From positions 18,412 to 82,411 of the forward strand of contig DASVRT010000020.1 in assembly GCA_036388475.1 (NCBI GenBank): 64,000 bases of DNA, written 5' to 3'. The position numbers were made by a program, and so were the translations under genes. Below the pieces are notes generated by a model. That model was not told where the DNA came from, did no database searches, and worked only from the letters and a program-made list of their open reading frames with translations. This document shows, one piece after another, positions 9,624 to 19,321 of the stretch (position 1 is the stretch's first letter; each line of letters opens with the position of its first letter). This DNA comes from Pyrinomonadaceae bacterium. Lineage in GTDB: Bacteria; Acidobacteriota; Blastocatellia; Pyrinomonadales; Pyrinomonadaceae.

Positions 9624-12479
9624 GTATTTGTCGCGAATCTTCACGGCTCTTTCCAGCGCATCGGCGTTTTCCAGAATCTTCAGGCGCAAATCCTTATCCA
9701 GACTCGGATTATCCGCCAGAAACTTATTCACCGCCGCCCGCGCCTTTTCGTCTTTTTGCCCGCCGATAAACGCCGCGAGCCAGCCGTTGACGAAAAAGAT
9801 TTTGCGGCTGCGTTTCAGGTTCGGCAATTCGGCAAGGGCTTTTTCCAGAAACGGCAAAGTCGATTCGGAATGGCGAACTGAATTAAACGGCACGAAAGCC
9901 GCTTCAATCCAGCTTTCGGAAATTTCTTTATTGTTCAGAAAATCGTTGAAATATTTCTCCTTCGCTTCTTGTGTTCCGAAGCCCGCGCCGACGGCGTAAG
10001 CGTAGCGTTTCGCGTCGTCCGAAGTTTCGGCTTTCACTAAATCCGCGAGCAGTTTCGCCGCGTCCGCGTCATTGAGAATGGCGAGTTTCGTCACGATGTC
10101 GAATTTGTCCTTGGTCTTCAAGGGCGGGAATTCCACCGTCCCGTTTTTGTATATTTCCGCTACTTTCGGCTTCACGGCTCGCGGCTTGTAATTGGAATTT
10201 TCCGCGCTCTGAGCGATTGAATCAAGTAAGCCGCGCTTCAAAACATTTCGCGCGTTTTCCGTCGAAGCAATATTCAAAAACGCGCGGTAAAACGTTATTC
10301 GCTGTCCGAGCGTCGGCGCGCGGCGGATTTTTTCGATTAAAAGATTTTCGAGCGGCGGCGCAGCTTCGGCTCTCTGCGCGTCGGAAAGATAATAATTCAT
10401 CGCCGTCGAAACGCGATTGAGAATCGTGCCGATAGTCAGCTCGTCGGTTTCGACGGCGATATTTTTAATTGCCAGTTCGACGTAATCTTTCGGATTCAGC
10501 TCGGCTTCGCGCACCGAATCCCAGAGCGTGCCCCACATCATCGAGCGCAGAAAATCGTCCTTTTCGTTCTGGATATTTTTCAGAACGTATTCGCGGCTTC
10601 GCTCGTCGAGCAGAAAAATTCCGTAGCCGTAATCCTGATAGTTCGGGAAAATAAATTCGGGATTTTCAGGCGGCGAAGTGTAGATAAGAGTTCCGTCTTT
10701 CCACATCGTGGCGGCTTGTTCCGGCGGAATTTTCGCTGAAATAATTTCTTTTTCATATTTTTCACCGCTGTTTTTTACGAGCAAAACTTTAAGCCGCTGC
10801 CGCCGGAATGTGTCTTCGTCAAATACATTCTGCTGCCTGATAAAGGTTCTATCCATACCGCCGGCGATGGAATAGATTCTAAAAATCGACAGCCCGCGCT
10901 TTGTCACCCAGACGTTTGCCCAATCTTTTAAATCCTGCTGGCTCGCCGTTTCAAACTCCCTGACCAAATCCGTCCATTCCGCGTTTTTGAATTGATATTT
11001 CTTCAAAAACGCGCGCACCGCCGTTTGAAATTTATCTTCGCCGAGATAAAATTCAGCCTGCCGCAGAAAGCTCGGCGCTTTGCGGTAGACGATGTTGCCG
11101 TAAGCCGATTTCGCCGCCGAAAGATTCGTGATTTCCTGGTAAATCGGCGTCGTGCCTGCGGTCGAATCGGTCAGGTAAGCGAGCGGTTTGTTGCGCTCGT
11201 AGAAGGCTTTCCACGCGTCGTATTCGGGCATCGTTTTTTCCAGCGTTTTATACGCCATAAATTCGGCGAAGCCTTCCTTGAGCCACAAATCGTCGAACCA
11301 TTTCATCGTCACCGTGTCGCCGAACCATTGATGCGCGGCTTCGTGAAAAATGACGTTGGCGCGCGACACTAAATCGTTTTTCGTCGGCTCGGACGGAAAA
11401 ATAACGGAAGATTCGCGCAGGAAAGTCGCGCCCGCGTGCTCCATCCCGTTAAACGGAAATTCGGGAATCAAAACGAGGTCGTATTTCGGAAACGGGAATT
11501 TGTAATCGAACCAGCCTTCAAGAAACCGCACGCCTTCGCGGTTAAGCCGAAAAACTTCCGCCGCGTGCTGTTCGAATTTTTTAACTTGCGATCTGCGGAC
11601 ATATATTAAACCTTTATCTTTAGCAACAGTTGATTTAATTGATTCAAATAACTTTTCACGTTGCGTATCATCATCCGGTATATCTTCTGTTTTAAGGTAA
11701 AATCCCTTAAGAGATTCGCTAAAACCAACAAATCTTCCAGCCGCAAATGCAAAAACGTAAGTTGAAATCGGTTTTGTTTCAGTGAAAACCGTCAAATACA
11801 CGCCATCGCTAGAGGGATTTTTAGCAAGACTTTCGCCAGTAGGGTTAATCAGGAATTTGGATTTTGTGTTACTTTCCTCTGATAAAGGTGTATTACTTAT
11901 CACTTTCCAAGAGCCCGGCGTTTTTACGTTCAACTGAAATCTCGCCTTCAAATCCGGCTGGTCAAACACGGGCAGCGCCGTGCTGGCGTCAGACGGCACG
12001 AACAAAGAATAGACGTATTCCGCGCCGTCTTCCTTATCGACGTAACGTGTAACAGCCGCGCCTGACGTTTTGATTGGCGAAGCAAACCGGATTTTGATGA
12101 CGTTCGCGCCCGTTTTCAGCGCGCCTTTCGGAATAATCAGGTGTTCTTTGCTGACGCTTGAGATGACGTCAATCGTATTGTTGACGGCGACGACGTGAGC
12201 GTAAGGCTTCTCCTTATCATTGGCAAACTGCGTCGTCCGCCAGTCGAGAATCAAATCGTTTTTCGCGCCTTCTTCGGTTAAATTAACGCTAATTTCAAGC
12301 TCGCCCTTCATCAGCGGCGCGCCTTTTTCGAGCGTGATGTCCAATTTATAACGCACGTCCGAGTAATGCGCCGCGCGCCATTTCGCCAGCGTCCGCGGAA
12401 CGCCCGTTTCGATTGCCGGAATTTGCGGATAAACAGTCATCGTCAATAAAAACGTGAAAAGCAGAAATCGTAGCAACAT
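9615..12479 (-). CDS. pepN: M1-family aminopeptidase (aminopeptidase N-like), secreted
   Basis: HEAAHQWFGD...WLKEGFAEF is the gluzincin HEXXH-(18)-E motif. About 950 aa. The likely start is the ATG at 12479 (MLLRFLLFTFLLT signal peptide) rather than the ORF-track start at 12539. Confidence 0.85.
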   Translation of the reverse strand: MLLRFLLFTFLLTMTVYPQIPAIETGVPRTLAKWRAAHYSDVRYKLDITLEKGAPLMKGELEISVNLTEEGAKNDLILDWRTTQFANDKEKPYAHVVAVNNTIDVISSVSKEHLIIPKGALKTGANVIKIRFASPIKTSGAAVTRYVDKEDGAEYVYSLFVPSDASTALPVFDQPDLKARFQLNVKTPGSWKVISNTPLSEESNTKSKFLINPTGESLAKNPSSDGVYLTVFTETKPISTYVFAFAAGRFVGFSESLKGFYLKTEDIPDDDTQREKLFESIKSTVAKDKGLIYVRRSQVKKFEQHAAEVFRLNREGVRFLEGWFDYKFPFPKYDLVLIPEFPFNGMEHAGATFLRESSVIFPSEPTKNDLVSRANVIFHEAAHQWFGDTVTMKWFDDLWLKEGFAEFMAYKTLEKTMPEYDAWKAFYERNKPLAYLTDSTAGTTPIYQEITNLSAAKSAYGNIVYRKAPSFLRQAEFYLGEDKFQTAVRAFLKKYQFKNAEWTDLVREFETASQQDLKDWANVWVTKRGLSIFRIYSIAGGMDRTFIRQQNVFDEDTFRRQRLKVLLVKNSGEKYEKEIISAKIPPEQAATMWKDGTLIYTSPPENPEFIFPNYQDYGYGIFLLDERSREYVLKNIQNEKDDFLRSMMWGTLWDSVREAELNPKDYVELAIKNIAVETDELTIGTILNRVSTAMNYYLSDAQRAEAAPPLENLLIEKIRRAPTLGQRITFYRAFLNIASTENARNVLKRGLLDSIAQSAENSNYKPRAVKPKVAEIYKNGTVEFPPLKTKDKFDIVTKLAILNDADAAKLLADLVKAETSDDAKRYAYAVGAGFGTQEAKEKYFNDFLNNKEISESWIEAAFVPFNSVRHSESTLPFLEKALAELPNLKRSRKIFFVNGWLAAFIGGQKDEKARAAVNKFLADNPSLDKDLRLKILENADALERAVKIRDKYGK

Positions 12480-12591
12480 AAAATTTATATTTTCACCTGA
12501 AACAAACGCAAAAAAGTCTACAAAAAATTTAGGCGACAACTTTCCGAAAAAGGTTGCCGCCCGTTTATAATTTGAATTTACCGGAAGAGGA

Positions 12592-13941
12592 TTACAGGTT
12601 GAAATTGAAATTCACAAAACCTTTTGCCTTAACCGGCTGACCGTCTTTGGTAAACGGCTTGAATTTCCATTTTTTCAGCGCGTCCGCCGCCGCGCGTTGC
12701 AGCAGCGAGGGACCCGAAGAATTCTGCACGGCGGAAACCTGTCCCTGCTCGTCAACCATCACTTCGACTTTCACGGTTCCGGTCATTCGCAGAGTTTTCG
12801 CCTGCGGCGGGTAAATCGGATTGACCTTTTGCGTCGCGTATTCGACCAGCGAACCGACCTGCAAAGGCGTATCGTCGCTTACCTTCGTCGGCGTCGGATT
12901 CGTATTTTGCGCGACGGTTTCGGTGCTCGTGTTCGGAGTATTGACGCGGCGTTCCCGGGTCGGAACTTTCGGCGCGTCGTTGTCGGGATTGACGTTCGGA
13001 GTCAGTTGCTTTTCCGCCACCGTTTCCTTCGGAGTTTCCGCAGCGGTCTTTTCGGGAGTTGTTACCGATTGTTTCTGTTCCGGAACAGGCTCGAAACTAA
13101 CATTATTTTTCGCCGGTTCGGTTGTGTTTTCCGTTTTTGTTTCGGTTTTCGGCGCGATTTGATTGGAAGTCTGAATCAGGCTCGGCTGCGTTTCCGTTTT
13201 CAGCGGAGTGGTCGGCGCGGAATTCGTGTAAGTCGGCTGATTTGAAGCGACGGTGTTATTCACTTCGTCGTCGCCGGCAGCGTTCAGAACCGTGCTGCGC
13301 GACGTCATCAAGCCTTCGCGCGCGTCGGCGACTGCTTCTTTCCAGCGTTTGGCGTCGTAATCGTCGCGCGCCAGGACGATTCGCGCATTCGACGATTCTT
13401 CGAGTAAAGCGAAAGCGTCCGAGGCTTTTTTCTTATCCGTGCTGGCGGCTTTCGTCTGCGTGATAACCATCTCGACGGTTTCGCGCATTTTCTCGACGTC
13501 GGCAATCGCGTCCGGCGTCAGGTTGCGGTCGTTCATCATTAAGCCTAATGATTTGTAGCGTTCCTGCTGGTTGCGCGCGCCTTTGACGACCTGCGCGGCG
13601 ACGGCGAAATAATTTTGCGCGGCGTTCGGCTTATTGGCTTTCTGCGCGTTAAAAAGCTCGTTTAAAAAGCCTTGCGCGCGTTTGTAATCGCCCTGTTCGA
13701 GATAGCAGTTCATCAACATCACGTTGACGACGCTGTGAACGGTCGCGTCATTGATTTCGCGGCGAATTCCTTCGAGTTCGTATATCGCGGCGTTGTAATT
13801 TTTGACGGCGATAGAGGCTTTTGCCTTCGTCACGCGCCCTCTCATTACATCGGCAGAAGTGGTTGACTGCGCTAAAACTCCAAGAACACTAAATAAAACC
13901 AAAAAAACGACAACACCCAATCGGCGGACGTTTAGCGGCAT
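12592..13941 (-). CDS. TonB C-terminal-domain protein with an N-terminal helical/TPR-like region and a Thr/Pro-rich linker
   Basis: C-terminus VEYATQKVNPIYPPQAKTLRMTGTVKVEVMVDEQGQVSAVQ...GFVNFNFNL matches the TonB_C fold. Start ATG at 13941 with a GGAGGAA Shine-Dalgarno and a signal/anchor MPLNVRRLGVVVFLVLF. Confidence 0.7.
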   Translation of the reverse strand: MPLNVRRLGVVVFLVLFSVLGVLAQSTTSADVMRGRVTKAKASIAVKNYNAAIYELEGIRREINDATVHSVVNVMLMNCYLEQGDYKRAQGFLNELFNAQKANKPNAAQNYFAVAAQVVKGARNQQERYKSLGLMMNDRNLTPDAIADVEKMRETVEMVITQTKAASTDKKKASDAFALLEESSNARIVLARDDYDAKRWKEAVADAREGLMTSRSTVLNAAGDDEVNNTVASNQPTYTNSAPTTPLKTETQPSLIQTSNQIAPKTETKTENTTEPAKNNVSFEPVPEQKQSVTTPEKTAAETPKETVAEKQLTPNVNPDNDAPKVPTRERRVNTPNTSTETVAQNTNPTPTKVSDDTPLQVGSLVEYATQKVNPIYPPQAKTLRMTGTVKVEVMVDEQGQVSAVQNSSGPSLLQRAAADALKKWKFKPFTKDGQPVKAKGFVNFNFNL

Positions 13942-14068
13942 TTCTGTTTCCTCCTTCTGTGGTTTCATTGCGGTTAAAATGAACTGGCGTTCACTTTTCT
14001 TCAACAAACAATCTTTTTATTTTGCCTTTTTAAAAGCACCTCAAGCAAGCGTTTGATTCCTGCTCTTT

Positions 14069-15499
14069 TTAATTCGATAAACTCTTGATGATTTTTTGGC
14101 GGTAAAGGTTTGCGTCTTTCTTTATAGCATTTTCGTCGAGCGTTAGCAAACGTTTTTCGCGCATTATTATTTTTCCGTTGATAATGACGGTATTTACGTC
14201 CGCGGCTTTGGTCGCGTAAACGAGGTGAGAATAGTAGTTATAGAAAGGCGTCTGGTGCAGATTGTCAAAATCGACGAGCACGATGTCGGCGCGTTTTCCG
14301 GCTTCCAGCGAGCCGATTAAATTTTCCAGATGCAAAGCGCGCGCGCCGCCGATGGTCGCCATTGCAAAAGCCTGTTCGGCGTTGACGACTTTCGGGTCGC
14401 CCGAATAAAGCTTGTGCAGCTTTGCCGCCGTGTCCATCTCTTCCCACATATCGAGGTCGTTGTTCGAAGCCGCGCCGTCCGTGCCCAGACCGAGCCTGAC
14501 ACCGGCGTTCAACATCTGCGGCACGGGCGAAACGCCGGAGGCGAGCTTCATATTCGACTGCGGATTGTGCGCCACGCCGACGCCGCGCGATTTTAAAATC
14601 TGAATCTCGTTATCGTCGGCGAAAACGACGTGCGCGGCGATGGTTCGATTATCTAAAAAATTGATGCGATTCAGATACTCGACCGGACGCGCGCCGTATT
14701 GTTTGGAAATATCGTCAACTTCCTTTCGCGTTTCGGCGACGTGAATGACCACGGGCGCGCCGAGCTTATCGGAAAGATTTTTTATCGCTCTTAAATGGTC
14801 GGTCGTTAAAGTATACGGCGCGTGCGGCGCGAGCGCGGGGACGATTAACGAATGATTTTTCCATTTGTTGACGTATCTTTCGCCGTAGCGCATCGCTTCT
14901 TCGGGCGTTTTGTTGTCGGCGACCGGAAATTGAATAATCGTTTCGCCCAAAACGCCGCGCACGCCGGCTTTCGCGGTTTCGTCGGCGACGGCGTCTTCAA
15001 AATAATACATATCGCAGTAGGTCGTCGTGCCGCCGCGAATCATTTCCGCCAGTCCGAGCCGCGTGCCGGCGCGCACGAAAGCTTCCGTGACGTTTTTCGC
15101 TTCGGCGGGAAAAATGTATTTCGTCAGCCATTCGTTCAAATCCAAATCGTCGGAAATGCCGCGAAAAAGCACCATCGGAACGTGCGTGTGCGTGTTGATT
15201 AAACCGGGAATGATGACTTTGCCGTTGGCATTTATGGTCTGGCGCGCGCGCAGATTTTTGGTCACGGCGGCGCGTTTGCCGACCAGCGCGATTTCGCCGT
15301 TTTTGACCACGACCGCGCCGTCTTCAATCACGCGGCGGTTTTCGTCCATCGTGACGACCGTGCCGCCGACGATTAATAAATCGGCATTCCAGTTCGGAAC
15401 GATTTTTTGCGGTAACGGTTGTCGCTGAGCAAAGCCGGACGGCGGGAGAATTAAAAGAATCGAAACAAATACGAGCAATAAAATTTTCAACTTTTCCAT
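14069..15499 (-). CDS. Secreted amidohydrolase-family metal-dependent hydrolase
   Basis: GLINTHTHVPM metal-binding motif; about 475 aa. Start at the ATG at 15499 gives MEKLKILLLVFVSILLILPPSGFAQ. Confidence 0.8.
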   Translation of the reverse strand: MEKLKILLLVFVSILLILPPSGFAQRQPLPQKIVPNWNADLLIVGGTVVTMDENRRVIEDGAVVVKNGEIALVGKRAAVTKNLRARQTINANGKVIIPGLINTHTHVPMVLFRGISDDLDLNEWLTKYIFPAEAKNVTEAFVRAGTRLGLAEMIRGGTTTYCDMYYFEDAVADETAKAGVRGVLGETIIQFPVADNKTPEEAMRYGERYVNKWKNHSLIVPALAPHAPYTLTTDHLRAIKNLSDKLGAPVVIHVAETRKEVDDISKQYGARPVEYLNRINFLDNRTIAAHVVFADDNEIQILKSRGVGVAHNPQSNMKLASGVSPVPQMLNAGVRLGLGTDGAASNNDLDMWEEMDTAAKLHKLYSGDPKVVNAEQAFAMATIGGARALHLENLIGSLEAGKRADIVLVDFDNLHQTPFYNYYSHLVYATKAADVNTVIINGKIIMREKRLLTLDENAIKKDANLYRQKIIKSLSN

Positions 15500-15678
15500 A
15501 GCTGAATTTACAACATTTTCAGGCAAAAACGCAAAGAAGATTTTCAACACAAAGACACCGGGAACACAAAGGAAATTTCAAATACGAGGGACAGGATAAA
15601 ATGATTTTCCATTCGGGTCTTCTCGTGTCGGTTCCTCGCTTTTTCCGTCCTGTGTTCTTTGTATCTTTGTCTTGGAAA

Positions 15679-16077
15679 TCACTTCAAAAACTTTGTATCG
15701 AAAGCCCGCGGCAGCAGTTCTTTCATCTGCACGGTTTCGGTTTTGCCGTGCAGATTGGAAAAGGTTACGGGAACATCGCCGCAAAATTCCCAGATGATTT
15801 GACGGCAAACGCCGCACGGCGGCGTCAATTCCTGCGTATCGGCGACGACGGCGATGGTCGTAAGTTCCTTTTCGCCCTCGGAGACGGCTTTCCAAATCGC
15901 CACGCGTTCGGCGCAAACCGTCAGACCGTAACTCGCCGATTCGACGTTGCAGCCGGTGTAAATCTTACCGTCCTTTGTTCTGACCGCGGCACCGACTTTG
16001 AAATTCGAAAACGGCGCGTAAGCTTTTTCGCGCACGCCGCGCGCGGCTTCGACTAATTCCTGTAAATCTTCATTCAT
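15679..16077 (-). CDS. cdd: Cytidine deaminase
   Basis: 132 aa. CAERVAIWKAV...TPPCGVCRQ are the zinc-ligand motifs of cytidine deaminase. Confidence 0.85.
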   Translation of the reverse strand: MNEDLQELVEAARGVREKAYAPFSNFKVGAAVRTKDGKIYTGCNVESASYGLTVCAERVAIWKAVSEGEKELTTIAVVADTQELTPPCGVCRQIIWEFCGDVPVTFSNLHGKTETVQMKELLPRAFDTKFLK

Positions 16078-16100
16078 AAACTATATTTTTACCACACAGA

Positions 16101-16210
16101 CGCCGCAGACACAGAGATTTTCAGCTAAAAAGTAAAAGCGGTTTTCATTTGACTTTCTACTTTTGCCTTATTTTCCTCTGTGTCTGGGGCGTTGCGAAGC
16201 GCATCGCTTC
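16101..16210. terminator. Hairpins between udk and cdd
   Basis: CGCCGCAGACACAGAG (16101-16116) pairs with CCTCTGTGTCTGGGGCG (16174-16190). A second small inverted repeat GAAGCG-CAT-CGCTTC follows. Confidence 0.35.
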
Positions 16211-16835
16211 AATTCTGTTCTATTGCCTCGCGTCTTAATTTTTCGCGCACCAGACCGCACAACAGCTCGACGCTGATGTCGGTTTGGCTGCCTTCGGGAA
16301 TAATCACGTCGGCGTGACGCTTCGACGGCTCGACAAACTCGTAATGCATCGGGCGAATCGTGTGTTCATACTGCCAGAGCGTCTGCTCGAACGACCGACC
16401 GCGCTGCTCGATGTCGCGCCGCAGCCGCCGCATCAGGCGCACGTCGCTCGGCGTATCGACAAAAACGCGCACGTCCAGCAAATCCAAAACGCGCGCTTCG
16501 GCGAAAATCAAGATGCCTTCGAGAATAACGACCGGCTTCGGCTCGATGTGTTCGGTTTGGTCGCGGCGCGTGTGCGTGACGAAATCGTAAATCGGCATCT
16601 CGATCGGCTGCCCGTTTTTCAGACGCTTCAGATGATTGACAATCATCTCGCTGTCAATCGAATCGGGATGGTCGAAATTCGCCTGCCGCCGCTCGTCGAG
16701 CGGCATATCGCCGAGATTTCGATAATACGAGTCCTGTTCGACCAGCACGACATTTCCGCGCCCGACCGCATCGAGAATCTTTCGCGCAATCGTCGTTTTG
16801 CCTGAACCTGTTCCGCCGCAGATGCCAATTATCAT
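16209..16835 (-). CDS. udk: Uridine kinase
   Basis: MIIGICGGTGSGKTT P-loop; 208 aa. Confidence 0.9.
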   Translation of the reverse strand: MIIGICGGTGSGKTTIARKILDAVGRGNVVLVEQDSYYRNLGDMPLDERRQANFDHPDSIDSEMIVNHLKRLKNGQPIEMPIYDFVTHTRRDQTEHIEPKPVVILEGILIFAEARVLDLLDVRVFVDTPSDVRLMRRLRRDIEQRGRSFEQTLWQYEHTIRPMHYEFVEPSKRHADVIIPEGSQTDISVELLCGLVREKLRREAIEQN

Positions 16836-16847
16836 AATAAGATTTCA

Positions 16848-16920
16848 AACAGGATAAGCAGGATTAAAAAATAAAGAAGTTGAATTTTTTATAATCCCGT
16901 TCATCTTGTCCATCCTGTTT
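16848..16920. terminator. Family B hairpin (AAACAGGAT ... ATCCTGTTT) downstream of pnp
   Basis: AAACAGGATAAGCAGGATT pairs with AATCCCGTTCATCTTGTCCATCCTGTTT. Confidence 0.5.
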
Positions 16921-17777
16921 TAATTCAACTTTGGAATAATTCTTCTTAAAAGCTCTTTAAAAATTGCCGCCACGCGCGCGCCCGTTTCCATCACTTCTTC
17001 GTGATGAATAATGTCGTCGCTCATTCCGGCGGCGAGATTTGTAATGCAGGAAATTCCCAGAACTTTCACTTCCTGATGCCGCGCCGCAATCGCTTCCGGC
17101 ACGGTTGACATCCCGACGGCGTCCGCGCCCAAAAGCCGTATCATCCGAATCTCCGCCGGGGTTTCGTAACAAGGTCCCGACAAACCGCAGTAAACGCCGC
17201 GCCGCAAAAGCTGTCGCGGTTCTTTGTCAATTCCCTGCTCGACTCTTTCCTGCGCCATCTTTTTCGCTTCCGTGCTGGCAATTTCCTGATATTCGATGTC
17301 GTAAACATTCGTCATATCAGGAAACCGCACGCCGAAACGCGCGTCGTTTGCGCCGCGCAGAGGATTGACGCCCATAAAATTAATATGGTCGCGAATCAGC
17401 ATCAAACCGCCCGGCTTCATACTCGTCCGCACGCTGCCCGCCGCATTCGTCAAAATCAGCTTTTTGATTCCGAGCAACCCAAACGTGCGCACCGGCAAAA
17501 TAACCTGCTGCATATCGTAGCCTTCGTAAAAATGAAAACGCCCCTGCTGAACGGCGACCGCCACGCCTTCGACTTCGCCCAAAACCAACTGCCCGGCGTG
17601 ACCCTCGACCGTCGATTTCTGAAAATTCGGAATTTCCTCATAAGAAATCCTGACCGCATTTTCCAAATCCTCGGCAAACGCGCCCAGCCCGCTGCCCAAA
17701 ACAATCGCGACTTTTATTTCCTTATCATATTTCGAGCGAATAAAATCCGCCGATTCCTTCGCCTTTTCGTAGCTCAT
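16920..17777 (-). CDS. Purine nucleoside phosphorylase (PNP/MTAP family)
   Basis: 285 aa; KVAIVLGSGLG..., trimeric PNP family. Confidence 0.8.
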   Translation of the reverse strand: MSYEKAKESADFIRSKYDKEIKVAIVLGSGLGAFAEDLENAVRISYEEIPNFQKSTVEGHAGQLVLGEVEGVAVAVQQGRFHFYEGYDMQQVILPVRTFGLLGIKKLILTNAAGSVRTSMKPGGLMLIRDHINFMGVNPLRGANDARFGVRFPDMTNVYDIEYQEIASTEAKKMAQERVEQGIDKEPRQLLRRGVYCGLSGPCYETPAEIRMIRLLGADAVGMSTVPEAIAARHQEVKVLGISCITNLAAGMSDDIIHHEEVMETGARVAAIFKELLRRIIPKLN

Positions 17778-17841
17778 AAAGAACTTTATTTTTACATAAA
17801 GACTGAGTTTGAGTAAATTTACGTTTGTTTTATTTGAAATG

Positions 17842-17861
17842 TGATACTTGATATAGTATCA
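17842..17861. promoter_or_regulatory. Perfect palindrome TGATAC-N8-GTATCA in the divergent pnp/hicB promoter region; candidate operator
   Basis: TGATACTTGATATAGTATCA seen directly. It lies about 150 bp upstream of the hicB ATG. Confidence 0.4.
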
Positions 17862-18014
17862 TTATTTACGAGTCATCATATTTTCAAAACTCCTCGGCAA
17901 GGCGAAGCGCGCATTAACTTGCAAAAGGAAAAGGCAATAATGCCAAACCTTATCAGGTTCGACAGTTTCTCCGCGCTTTGCGTAAATTAAAAGAGCTTGA
18001 AGAAGATAAGAAAG

Positions 18015-18395
18015 ATGAACAAAACGGCTAAGAAACAAGTCAAGAAAACGAAAAAAGAAAGTTTGCCGAAAGTCGAGCAATATCTTTACAGCGTCGGCTG
18101 GTCCGAGGTGGACGAAGCTTTTGTCGCCCGCGTGGCTGAGTTTCCCTCTTTAGCCGCGCACGGCGAAACGCAGGAAGAAGCCTTGCGCGAAATTAAAGAT
18201 GTGGTCGAATTTGTCTTGAAAGATTTAACCGAATCGAACGAGCCGATTCCCGAACCTTTCGGCAAGCGTTCTTTTAGCGGCAAATTGGTTTTGCGAATGC
18301 CTGAATATATGCACCGCCGGCTTGCCCTCGAAGCGATGCAGCAAGGCATTTCGCTTAATCAATTACTAAATTTGAAACTGGAAGCAAGCCGTTAA
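18015..18395 (+). CDS. hicB: HicB-family antitoxin (RNase H-like fold plus C-terminal ribbon-helix-helix); no HicA partner found
   Basis: YSVGWSEVDEAFVARVAEFPSLAAHGETQEEALREIKDVVEFVL followed by RMPEYMHRRLALEAMQQGISLNQLL. No HicA-like ORF is adjacent. Confidence 0.6.
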   Translation: MNKTAKKQVKKTKKESLPKVEQYLYSVGWSEVDEAFVARVAEFPSLAAHGETQEEALREIKDVVEFVLKDLTESNEPIPEPFGKRSFSGKLVLRMPEYMHRRLALEAMQQGISLNQLLNLKLEASR

Positions 18396-18409
18396 ACCTG
18401 CTTCCCTTT

Positions 18410-19318
18410 TTATTTCTCTTTTCGATAAGGAATTCCGAGCGCTTTCGGCGCGCGCGACAAGCCGATAAATCCCGCCAGCACGATAATCGTCAAAACATAC
18501 GGAATCATCTGTATAAACTGCACGGGAATGTCTTCGCCCGAAGGCAGTTTATAAACGCCTTGAATCTGAATCGTCAGCGCTTCGGTGAAACCGAAAAACA
18601 GGCACGCGACGAGCACCGGAACGGGTCGCCATTTCGCCAGAATCAGCGCCGCCAGCGCGATAAATCCGCGTCCCGCCGTCATATTGCGCGTGAAAAGCGA
18701 CGATTGCCCGATGGAAAGATACGCGCCGCCCGCCGCCGCCAGAGCGCCGGAAATAATGACGGCGATATAACGCAGTCGAATGACGTTGACGCCCGCCGCG
18801 TCCGCCGCCGCCGGATTTTCGCCGGTGGCTCGAAGGCGCAGACCGAAAGGCGTTTTATACAGCACATACCAGCAGACGGGAACGAGCGCGAAAGCCAGCA
18901 GCGAGGCGATGGAGATGCGGTTGAAAAATTCGGGCAAAAGATTTTCCTTGGCAATCTGCTCGGTCGAACCGGAGGAATCGTAAATCGCGCCGCTCAGCAG
19001 CGCGGGCAGTCCGAACATCAGAAAATTTATCGCCATCCCGCTGACCACCTGGTCGGCTTCAAATTTAATGGTCGCAATCGCGTAAATCAAAGCCAGCGCC
19101 GCGCCCGCCGCCATTCCGCACAATAATCCGAGATAAGGATTGCCCAGTTCGTAAGTGGCAATCGCCGCCGCGAACGCGCCCGCCAGCATCAAGCCTTCGA
19201 GCGCGATGTTGATGACGCCCGCGCGTTCGGAAAAAAGTCCGCCGAGCGCGGCGAAAATCAAAGGCGTGGCGAGACGTATCGCCGAAAAAAGCATCGCCAG
19301 CGTAAATAACTCAGTCAT
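18410..19318 (-). CDS. ABC transporter permease (BMP/nucleoside-type, YufQ/NupQ-like)
   Basis: 302 aa, multi-TM; GVINIALEGLMLAGAF motif. Confidence 0.8.
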   Translation of the reverse strand: MTELFTLAMLFSAIRLATPLIFAALGGLFSERAGVINIALEGLMLAGAFAAAIATYELGNPYLGLLCGMAAGAALALIYAIATIKFEADQVVSGMAINFLMFGLPALLSGAIYDSSGSTEQIAKENLLPEFFNRISIASLLAFALVPVCWYVLYKTPFGLRLRATGENPAAADAAGVNVIRLRYIAVIISGALAAAGGAYLSIGQSSLFTRNMTAGRGFIALAALILAKWRPVPVLVACLFFGFTEALTIQIQGVYKLPSGEDIPVQFIQMIPYVLTIIVLAGFIGLSRAPKALGIPYRKEK

Positions 19319-19321
19319 AAT

